From an uncultured delta proteobacterium (GTDB taxonomy: Bacteria > Desulfobacterota > Binatia > Binatales > Binataceae): a stretch of DNA of 64,000 bases. Positions 1 to 7,614 of this stretch are shown here, one piece after another (within the stretch, counting starts at the first letter, position 1; each line of letters starts with the position of its first letter). The notes under the pieces were generated by a model that had not been told where the DNA came from, searched no databases, and was given only the letters and a program-made list of their open reading frames with translations. The translations under genes were made by a program, and so were the position numbers. The stretch spans positions 1,312,001-1,376,000 of the forward strand of contig CAWJET010000002.1 in assembly GCA_963842085.1 (NCBI GenBank). The letters are read 5' to 3'.

Positions 1-110
1 ACGCTCATCGTATTTCTTACCGATGGCCGGAAGTTTTTCCGGCAGCGATTCTGCGAAGCCTGAGATCCGATGCTGCACCCAAGTGGCTTTGTTTTGTAAA
101 TTTCGATCGG

Positions 111-539
111 TCAGCCCGATTGCCTTCCTCCTATTGGTGATTTTCCGTCATCGGTTTTCCCGTTGAGGGCGGTCTCGTCGATGTCGGGTCGAGGGTCGTC
201 AAGGTTGACGTTCATGTCCACAACCCCGGGAGCGGGGACATGCTCTCCGGCACGCTTGGCCTGCAATCGTTCCAGTTCGTGCCGCGTTCTCATCAACGAA
301 CGGGAATGCGCAGCTTCGTGCCGCAAGAGGTCTGATAGCGGCTTAGAAGACTTTTCCAAGATGCGCGTGACATTGAAAGAAGAATCATCGAGTTCGGCCT
401 GCGCGCGCGCGAGCCTCTGCTTGGCATCCTCGTGAGCTTGACGGTCGGAGGCTTCCACCTTTTTCTCTTCCACCGTCACCTGCATCCTCTTGCTCAAGGT
501 CGATTCGTACTCCTTGACCGAATCCCCCGCTTGTCTCAC
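111..539 (-). CDS. Hypothetical protein; N-terminally truncated paralog of 853..1530
   Basis: C-terminal HEAAHSRSLMRTRHELERLQAKRAGEHVPAPGVVDMNVNLD aligns by eye with HEQALSREMLRNLHELERLQARRNGQFVPPPVRLDVNVDV of the neighbouring gene. Confidence 0.55.
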   Translation of the reverse strand: MRQAGDSVKEYESTLSKRMQVTVEEKKVEASDRQAHEDAKQRLARAQAELDDSSFNVTRILEKSSKPLSDLLRHEAAHSRSLMRTRHELERLQAKRAGEHVPAPGVVDMNVNLDDPRPDIDETALNGKTDDGKSPIGGRQSG

Positions 540-852
540 GAGTAATTCTCGATGACCGCGTCTACTGCCCGGTCTTAAACGCTAAGTGCGGCCATGTGCT
601 TCCCCCCTCTGGCATGGCGCTTCCGCCGATAACCATCGTTGCGGCGGCAACGCGCAGCCGGTGTTCTGCTTGTTCGTGGGATCAAGCATACGATTTTCGG
701 GGGGGTCACAAGCCTCGATGCGAACGGAAACGCCCAGCGTTGACTCAGCGTCGGCCCGGCGACCGCGATGCTGGTCGACGTGTGGGGTTCTTTGCCCAGT
801 CCTTTCAGTTTTCGCTCGCGGGTAACTCTGCCTCGGATCTCCGACGATGCAA

Positions 853-1530
853 TCATTCTTCAGCTTCAGGCGTTTCGGCCGACGCCCTTGCGGATTGATC
901 GCTGACATCAACGTTCACGTCCAGTCTGACCGGGGGTGGTACAAATTGCCCGTTGCGCCTGGCCTGAAGACGCTCGAGCTCGTGAAGATTCCGGAGCATC
1001 TCTCGTGAAAGCGCCTGCTCGTGCCGTGCGAGGTTTACAAACGTGGTCGACTTTTCTTCGAGTACTCGAATCACTTCAAATAGTGGGATCCTGAGCTTGC
1101 TGCTCTCGCGGGCAAGCTCAGCCTGCGCTCGTTCTGTATCCTCAGGATCGGCCAAATCAACCGACCGGCCAGCCGCGCCTAACTTCAACTTTTCTACTTT
1201 TTTTTCGATCATGCAGACAACTACCTCCTGTTGACTCCGCGCATATTGCGCCGCCTCGAGGATCGGGATCCTTCTGAGCCGCCACATGTCGCCGATGATC
1301 TGGTCGACGAAGAATTCCTCCCGGGCCCCTTGCGGATTGAAATCGTCCTGAAGTGCACTTCGAAACTCTTCGTATTGGTCCGGACTCTCGTTTTGGAGGA
1401 CGATGTCTTTCGCCGTGAGTCCATGTTTGAGCGCGTTCAACCCTACGCGCGATTTCCCCTCCGCCGAACGTGGCCCCGTGCTCTGCAGCGCATTTCCGCG
1501 GTTTGCTTCGATCTGTCGGACGCTTGCCAT
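853..1530 (-). CDS. Conserved hypothetical protein ('ANRxNAxxSTGPxxxEGK...NALKHGL' family)
   Basis: N-terminal motif QIEANRGNALQSTGPRSAEGKSRVGLNALKHGLTA; ATG at 1530 with purine-rich RBS. Confidence 0.75.
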   Translation of the reverse strand: MASVRQIEANRGNALQSTGPRSAEGKSRVGLNALKHGLTAKDIVLQNESPDQYEEFRSALQDDFNPQGAREEFFVDQIIGDMWRLRRIPILEAAQYARSQQEVVVCMIEKKVEKLKLGAAGRSVDLADPEDTERAQAELARESSKLRIPLFEVIRVLEEKSTTFVNLARHEQALSREMLRNLHELERLQARRNGQFVPPPVRLDVNVDVSDQSARASAETPEAEE

Positions 1531-1613
1531 TTTGCTTCTCCCCTTTGAAAGTTTTGACATCGGGCTGTTGCAAATTCCGATGCACTTGATTAATTTACCA
1601 CGGAATACGTCGT

Positions 1614-2288
1614 ATGTCAAGGGACGAATTACATCGTAATCGGGGCAAAGGAAAGCAGCGCTCCTTCGCTGCTCGCTTCGCGGTGTTGGTCAAGGAGTTC
1701 GGCAGCCGGTACCGGCTGGCCAAGGTCTCGGGGGTGCCGGAGTCAACGCTGCAGCAGTATGCGGATCAACAACTTCCTCCCCGCAGCGACATCCTGATTA
1801 AGCTCGCGCGCGCCGCCAACGTGTCGATCGAGTGGCTGGCAACGGGCCAGGGTGAAATGAGAGCCGCCGGACTGCTGCCGGGCGCAACGTTTGCCGATGT
1901 GGTTATGGTCGAGCTGCGCGACGTCCACGCGGCGCTTCACATGGAACAGATTCGCGCATTTCTTCCATTGAGCCGTTGGTGGCTCGAGCATCGGCTCGGT
2001 GTCAGCGAGCCAAAGGAGCTGATGCTGCTCGAAGCGGACCAGGATCTGCCGCCGGAAATCAGGAAGATGGATCTGTTATTGGTGGACCGGTCAGCCGGCC
2101 ACAAGCTGCCGCGGGGTGAAGGTCTCTATGTTTTTTCCGTGCCCACGGGACTCGCCGTGAGGCGGGTCGAGGTTGGTCTCAAGCGAGGATTCGTGGTTAC
2201 CGGGCCGGGGATATCGGAAGAGGTAGGACCGATGGAGATTGATCGGTTGCTTGTTGGCAGGGTGATTTTTCGAGGGGAGAGAATGTAG
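1614..2288 (+). CDS. CI-like repressor (XRE HTH plus degenerate S24-like C-terminal domain)
   Basis: HTH RYRLAKVSGVPESTLQQY...LARAANVSIEWLATGQGEM; S24-like DLLLVD...EGLYVF...LLVGRVIF. Confidence 0.8.
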   Translation: MSRDELHRNRGKGKQRSFAARFAVLVKEFGSRYRLAKVSGVPESTLQQYADQQLPPRSDILIKLARAANVSIEWLATGQGEMRAAGLLPGATFADVVMVELRDVHAALHMEQIRAFLPLSRWWLEHRLGVSEPKELMLLEADQDLPPEIRKMDLLLVDRSAGHKLPRGEGLYVFSVPTGLAVRRVEVGLKRGFVVTGPGISEEVGPMEIDRLLVGRVIFRGERM

Positions 2289-2311
2289 CGGAACTCACCC
2301 TAAGCAAGGAT

Positions 2312-2596
2312 TCAATCTCCTTCGCCGTTTTCATTTCTTTTCGGGGGCGGTTTCGAGCCGAGAGTTTGGCCTGCGAATTTTTTCACCGGAATACCTGATG
2401 CCTCTGACAACTTGAGTGCATCGGTGAGCCTTTCCACCCTCCATTCACGGATCCAGGAATAGACCGACTGACGGCTGACGCCACAAAGCCTTGACACCGC
2501 TGGTACGCCTCCCGCCAGCTCCACCGCCGCAGCAACCATGTTCGCCTGAGCCGCTCTTTGCTTTGCCGGTCGCGCTGAAGTTCTCCTCTTAGCCAT
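2312..2596 (-). CDS. Cro/YdaS-like small HTH regulator
   Basis: AVELAGGVPAVSRLCGVSRQSVYSW...ALKLSEASGIP, typical Cro-like HTH. Confidence 0.75.
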   Translation of the reverse strand: MAKRRTSARPAKQRAAQANMVAAAVELAGGVPAVSRLCGVSRQSVYSWIREWRVERLTDALKLSEASGIPVKKFAGQTLGSKPPPKRNENGEGD

Positions 2597-2605
2597 CGCC
2601 GCAAG

Positions 2606-2635
2606 AGTGTAGGGCCCGCTGTTTCGTCACGTCAA
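2606..2635 (-). promoter_or_regulatory. Sigma70-like promoter for the Cro-like gene (nearly leaderless)
   Basis: Minus strand TTGACG-18 bp-TACACT, 9 nt upstream of the ATG at 2596. Confidence 0.5.
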
Positions 2636-2769
2636 TTGAACGGTTCTCCCAAAAGAGACTCAGTGGTCTTAAAATTAACTGGACAATCGTGATTTGTTCT
2701 TTTTCCTTAATATTAGATATAATTCCGAAGCCACAGGGCGAAGGACACTCTCAATTGTGTAAATTAAAC

Positions 2770-2798
2770 TTGACAAACTGCCCAACGGAGACCATAAT
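2770..2798 (+). promoter_or_regulatory. Sigma70 promoter for the ERF-YqaJ-HNH-helicase operon
   Basis: TTGACA (2770-2775)-17 bp-CATAAT (2793-2798) in an AT-rich divergent intergenic region. Confidence 0.6.
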
Positions 2799-2921
2799 TT
2801 TAGGATGGATGGTGACAGTTCGAGGCGAGGTGGAAATCGCGTTGCTCCAGACAACAACAGCGGACTTCAAGGAAGAACGAATTACGTGAATCGAAATAGA
2901 CAATCACTGAGGTGGCAAACG

Positions 2922-4040
2922 ATGAAAGCAATTCTCGGATGCAGAGACGATTTTCTTTACGTCGTCGAAGAAGAAGACGTTGCGACCGGATCAGAGAAGA
3001 AGTGGCTTCGGGTCCGCATGGCGGACTGCGCCGAAGCCCAAACCCTCGAGGGCCGACCGGTCACGAGCGTGAATCAACAGGAGGGCATTTACGTGGACGA
3101 AGAAGGAAACGTGTATCAACTGGCAGACAAGGGCGAGACGAAGCCGATCGCAATCGAGCATCTCCCTGGAACGGAGAAAACCGAGCTCGAGGTACTACTG
3201 GAAGCTTCGCTGAAGGGAGGGAGGGCGAACGGAAAGAACGGCGGCGCCAAGCGCCTCTTGAAAAAGAATCGAAGCAGCGGTCGTGAGCAGCAAGAGTTGC
3301 AGATGGTAACCGCAAAGCCCGAGCCGCGCCCGGCCGAGGCACCTGCTGCGGTCGAGACCAGCGCCCCAACTTCCAATTTTGCGGCTACCGAAGCTCACGC
3401 CCAGTTGAATCTCCGACAGAAGCTCGCCGAAGTTCGCCGTCGCATCGGCTACATCCAGAAGCGCGGCCACAACGAGCGTCAGAACTACAGCTACGTCACC
3501 GCCGCCGATATCGCCGGCTCGGTCGGTGACATACTCGCCGAATTAGGGGTAGTCGTGATCCCCCGACTCGAAGACATCTCCTACGAATCGGCGGCGGGCC
3601 GTGGAGAAGCCACCCGGATGGCGCGAGTGGTAATGGCCTACACCTTCGCCGACGTCGACAGCGGCGAAGAGATCATCGCGAAGGTTGCGGGCCAGGGGCT
3701 CGATCCCGGCGACAAGGCGCCATACAAGGCGATGACCGGGGCATTGAAGTACGCGTTGCTGCAGTCCTTCCTGCTCGCCACTGGCGACGATCCCGAAGAT
3801 GAACGGGCTGACGGTCGTTACTCGGCAGGAAATCCAGAACGCCTGGTCAGCGCCGATCAAGTTCGCGAACTCCAGAAACTGATCGACGATACCGGAACCG
3901 AGCTCGAACGGGTGCTCACGTACTACAAGGTCGCGTCCCTCTCCGAATTGACCGAGACCGCCTACCGGCGCGCGCTCGAAGTGCTGAATCGCAAACTAGC
4001 CAGGCGCGGCAATCAGGAGACCGCCCATGCCCAGGATTGA
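2922..4040 (+). CDS. ERF-family single-strand annealing protein with a long N-terminal extension
   Basis: IQKRGHNERQNYSYVTAADI...GQGLDPGDKAPYKAMTGALKYALLQSFLLATGDDPE; RBS GAGGTGG before ATG 2922. Confidence 0.85.
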   Translation: MKAILGCRDDFLYVVEEEDVATGSEKKWLRVRMADCAEAQTLEGRPVTSVNQQEGIYVDEEGNVYQLADKGETKPIAIEHLPGTEKTELEVLLEASLKGGRANGKNGGAKRLLKKNRSSGREQQELQMVTAKPEPRPAEAPAAVETSAPTSNFAATEAHAQLNLRQKLAEVRRRIGYIQKRGHNERQNYSYVTAADIAGSVGDILAELGVVVIPRLEDISYESAAGRGEATRMARVVMAYTFADVDSGEEIIAKVAGQGLDPGDKAPYKAMTGALKYALLQSFLLATGDDPEDERADGRYSAGNPERLVSADQVRELQKLIDDTGTELERVLTYYKVASLSELTETAYRRALEVLNRKLARRGNQETAHAQD

Positions 4041-4905
4041 GCGGCTGCATCAGAACACTCCCGAATGGCACCGCTGGCGCAGGCAAGGGATCGGGGCCAG
4101 CGATGCTCCGGTGATCATGGGCGAGACCGCCTTCAAGAGCCCAAGAACGCTCTGGTCGATAAAAACCGGGCGTACGCAGGAAGCTGCGGCGGGTCCGGCA
4201 GCGCGACGCGGCCGCGAACTGGAGCTTTTCGCCCGTAGGGCGTACGAGCGCCAAACCGGAATCCAGGTGGAGCCACTGTGCCTGGTCCACCAGGAGTTCG
4301 AGTGGATGCGGGCGTCGTTGGACGGGCTTAGCTTCGACGGCTCCACGCTCGTGGAGATCAAATGCCCGCTCAGCCCGCGCGATCGCACAGCAGCAGAGCA
4401 AGGTCGCATCCCTTCCCAGTACCATGCGCAGCTGCAGCATCAACTGGAGGTCTCCGGTGCAGCGCAGGCGCACTACTGGTCTTTCCACGGGACCGACGGA
4501 GTCCTGGTCGAAATACGTCCCGACCGGGAATACGCCAAGCGGCTGGTAGAGGCAGAGGCCGCGTTCTGGCAGCTGGTGCAGGAAAACCGCTGGCCCGAAT
4601 CGGCCGACGAGGAACTGGACCTGAGCGCGGAGCCAAAATGGCGTCACGCCGCGCTCCGCTACCGTGAAGTCAGGCTCCAGCTGGAACACGCAGCGGCCGA
4701 AGAGCACAGGCTGCGCGCAACGCTTGCGTGTATGGCGACCGCGCGGCGGACCTACGGCTGTGGCGTCGAAGTATTGAAGAGCTCGCGCAAGGGCGCGGTC
4801 GATTACTCGGCGGTGCCGGAGCTCCGCGGGGTCAACCTCGAACCCTACCGTAAACCGCCGGTGGCGGTTGTGAAGATCAACTTCATCGAGCCCAACCGGC
4901 AATAG
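4027..4905 (+). CDS. YqaJ/lambda-exonuclease family recombinase-associated nuclease
   Basis: QNTPEWHRWRRQGIGASD, ASLDG, VEIKCP, QLQHQL motifs; overlaps the ERF gene. Confidence 0.9.
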   Translation: MPRIERLHQNTPEWHRWRRQGIGASDAPVIMGETAFKSPRTLWSIKTGRTQEAAAGPAARRGRELELFARRAYERQTGIQVEPLCLVHQEFEWMRASLDGLSFDGSTLVEIKCPLSPRDRTAAEQGRIPSQYHAQLQHQLEVSGAAQAHYWSFHGTDGVLVEIRPDREYAKRLVEAEAAFWQLVQENRWPESADEELDLSAEPKWRHAALRYREVRLQLEHAAAEEHRLRATLACMATARRTYGCGVEVLKSSRKGAVDYSAVPELRGVNLEPYRKPPVAVVKINFIEPNRQ

Positions 4906-4911
4906 ACCGTC

Positions 4912-5409
4912 ATGCAGGAATTTTTCGGCTTTCGCAATTTCCGTCAGTTCGAGCGCACCCGCCGAGAGCTCAAGCTGCCCTACGAGCTGCTGAACGACCT
5001 CCGGTTCCGTCAGCTGCCCGATGCCCGCAAGGCCCACCTGCTCTGCCTGCTGCTGCTCTCGGCGCGCATGAACAATCTGCTGCCCAACAGTCCGGTCAAG
5101 CTGGAGCGGCTGATCGGGGCGACCGAGCCCTTGGACTTAAGCGCCTTCGCCTACTTCGTCGACTTTGCCGTGGTGGAACAGCCGAGCTGGCAGGACCGCC
5201 TTGCCAACCGGCGGGTGCCCGATGGCATGCGGGCAGCGGTGCTGGTGCGCGACGGCGGACGCTGTCGAAGATGCCGTAGGGCGATCCAGCTGGAAATGGA
5301 TCACATCGTTCCGGTCAGCAAGGGCGGCAAGACCGAGGAAGCGAACCTTCAGACGCTCTGCCGGCGCTGCAACCGGGCCAAGTCCAAAAAGCTGGCTCCC
5401 AGGTTCTGA
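4912..5409 (+). CDS. HNH endonuclease with a phage replication-organiser-like N-terminal domain
   Basis: RDGGRCRRC...EMDHIVPVSKGG...NLQTLCRRCN. Confidence 0.85.
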   Translation: MQEFFGFRNFRQFERTRRELKLPYELLNDLRFRQLPDARKAHLLCLLLLSARMNNLLPNSPVKLERLIGATEPLDLSAFAYFVDFAVVEQPSWQDRLANRRVPDGMRAAVLVRDGGRCRRCRRAIQLEMDHIVPVSKGGKTEEANLQTLCRRCNRAKSKKLAPRF

Positions 5410-5412
5410 AAG

Positions 5413-7149
5413 ATGGGTGCGGCAGGCGAATCATCCCGCAGCGTCGCGGTCGAGTTGGCGCTGCTGTTCCTGCGCGAACTCGAGCCAACGGTCGCAGAAG
5501 ATCCGGAGCGGTTGGTCTCGACTGAGGCGGTGCTTTCCTTTGCCGCGGTCAGGCGAGGCGATCCGCTCACTTGGCAACACTGGCGCAGGATTCTCGAGAA
5601 GTACGAAAAGGCGGACTTGCTCGAGCACATGCTCGGCGGTCCAGTGCCCACGGAAACCGGCGACGGCAGCTCCGCCGCGGACAGATTGATCGGGATGGTG
5701 CTCGATTCTGGAATCGAGTTCTTTCACGATCCTGACCAGCACGGCTGGGCTTGCGTTCGGGTCGATGGGCACTTCGAGAATCATCCCGTCCGCTCCCGCC
5801 CGTTCCAGCTCTTCCTGCTGCGGACCTATTACCGGGAGACAGGCAACAGCCCGGGCGCCCAAGCCATCCGCGCCACGCTGGAGCTGTTCGAAGCCAAAGC
5901 CCTGTTCGACGGTGAGGAATCACCCATCAATCTTCGGGTCGCAAGTCACCGCGGCAAGCTTTATCTCGACCTATGCGACCGCGCCTGGCGGGCCGTTGAG
6001 ATCGATGCCGAAGGGTGGCAGATAGTAAATCGACCGCCGCCAAGATTTCATCGCACCCGCGGCTCCCGTCCGCTGCCCGCACCCGAGCGCGGCGGCGCTG
6101 TTGACGAACTGCGCCGCTTCCTGAACGTCGACCAACAGGGCTGGACGCTGATCAAGGCCTTCCTGGTCGCGGCGCTACGTCCCGGTGTGCCCTGTCCTAT
6201 CCTGATCGCCAAGGGTGAGCAGGGAGCGGGCAAGACCACTGCATGCAGAATCATCAGCGCGCTGATCGACCCGCGCACCGGGGCACTGCGGGGCGTCCCC
6301 CGTGAAGTTCGCGATCTGACGGCGGCGGCCAGAAACTCCTGGCTCGTATGCTTCGATAACCTGAGCCACCTGCCAGAGGAACTTGCCGATGCAGCCTGCC
6401 GACTAGCCACCGGCGGCGGCTTCGGTGGCCGGGAGCTCTATAGCGATCATGACGAAGCGATCTTCGACGCTATCCGGCCCATCGTGTTCAATGCGATTCC
6501 CGACCTAGGGGGCGCGCGGCCCGACTTTCTCGATCGCGCAGTGATTGTGGAGTTGCTTGACATGAAGCCCGAGCTGCGCCGCGACGAGACGCGGTTCTGG
6601 CACGAATTCGAAGAGGTACGACCGCGCATCCTCGGTGCGCTGCTCGATGCCGTTGTGACCGGACTCGGGAACCTGCCGGCTGTCACGCTCGAGCAACCGC
6701 CGCGGATGGCCGACTTCGCTATCTGGGTAAAGGCTTGCGAGGAAAGCCTCGGCATGAAACCAGGAGAGGCCCTGGCTACCTACCAGTCCAACCGCACCGA
6801 GACGCACAATCTGGCACTTGAGTCCTCGCCGCTGTACGAACCGGTTGCCCTACTGGCCCGCGAGGGCTTTACTGGGACGGTCGCAGAACTGCATTCACGG
6901 CTCAACTTCATGATGAGCGAAAGTATGCGCCGCTCGGTACGCTGGCCCAAGGCGCCCAATGCGCTGAGCAACGCGCTGCGCCGCATGGCCAGCAACCTCC
7001 GCGCTGTCGGAGTCGAGATCCAGTTCAGCCGCGCCGATATCCGCGGTAGGCGCCTGGTATCCCTGGTCTCTGTTTCCGAGCCTCGGAAAAGATCGTCAGT
7101 GATCGTCAGTGACCGTCAGTACGAGTGCCCGCTTCTCAGCCCGTTTTGA
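5413..7149 (+). CDS. Phage/plasmid-type P-loop ATPase (replicative helicase-like)
   Basis: Walker A GEQGAGKTT, Walker B-like VCFDN, RPDFLDR, PRMADF; last gene of a recombination/replication operon. ATG appears to be at 5413-5415. Confidence 0.75.
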   Translation: MGAAGESSRSVAVELALLFLRELEPTVAEDPERLVSTEAVLSFAAVRRGDPLTWQHWRRILEKYEKADLLEHMLGGPVPTETGDGSSAADRLIGMVLDSGIEFFHDPDQHGWACVRVDGHFENHPVRSRPFQLFLLRTYYRETGNSPGAQAIRATLELFEAKALFDGEESPINLRVASHRGKLYLDLCDRAWRAVEIDAEGWQIVNRPPPRFHRTRGSRPLPAPERGGAVDELRRFLNVDQQGWTLIKAFLVAALRPGVPCPILIAKGEQGAGKTTACRIISALIDPRTGALRGVPREVRDLTAAARNSWLVCFDNLSHLPEELADAACRLATGGGFGGRELYSDHDEAIFDAIRPIVFNAIPDLGGARPDFLDRAVIVELLDMKPELRRDETRFWHEFEEVRPRILGALLDAVVTGLGNLPAVTLEQPPRMADFAIWVKACEESLGMKPGEALATYQSNRTETHNLALESSPLYEPVALLAREGFTGTVAELHSRLNFMMSESMRRSVRWPKAPNALSNALRRMASNLRAVGVEIQFSRADIRGRRLVSLVSVSEPRKRSSVIVSDRQYECPLLSPF

Positions 7150-7244
7150 CCGGGATTTCATCGGAAAATATTGGAAACACGCAGCGATTAGGCGATGGTC
7201 GTTCGTGACTATTACCCACTGACGATCACTGACGATCTTTTCCG
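7084..7244. repeat. Perfect 28-bp inverted repeat built from 10-bp iterons; candidate replication origin
   Basis: CGGAAAAGATCGTCAGTGATCGTCAGTG at 7084-7111 and its exact reverse complement at 7217-7244; a third iteron GACCGTCAGT at 7111-7120. Confidence 0.8.
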
Positions 7245-7614
7245 GGTTTCAAGAAATCGCCGAGCCCAATCTGCCGGAGGCTCTTTTGCCTTTTAAGCGG
7301 TCAAAGTTGCGGTCTCGGCGATCCACCGCCGCGATTCTGGATCGGTGAGCAGCTGGACGCCCAGAGGGGAAACGGCCAAGGGCTACGAGCTCAGCGTCGC
7401 TGCGCGACCTGCTCTCCCAGCACTCTACCAATGCGGACCCGTCACAGGCGTCACACTCCAACAGCTTGAACGGATTCATGCAAATCTGCGATGCGTCTCA
7501 AGTAGCGGATGTCACGCGCCCGGATTGAAGGAATGGTCCAGCGGCAATCATCAACGCATGGTCAACGTAACTCCGAAAGCTGGAGAAGACCAATCCCAGC
7601 CAGCGTGACGAAGA

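Noticed and set aside
7084-7244. CRISPR array or rho-independent terminator
   Set aside because: 10-bp units without spacers and no cas genes; the 105-bp loop is too large for a terminator.
1-7250. Complete prophage
   Set aside because: No integrase, terminase, capsid, tail or lysis genes in the window.
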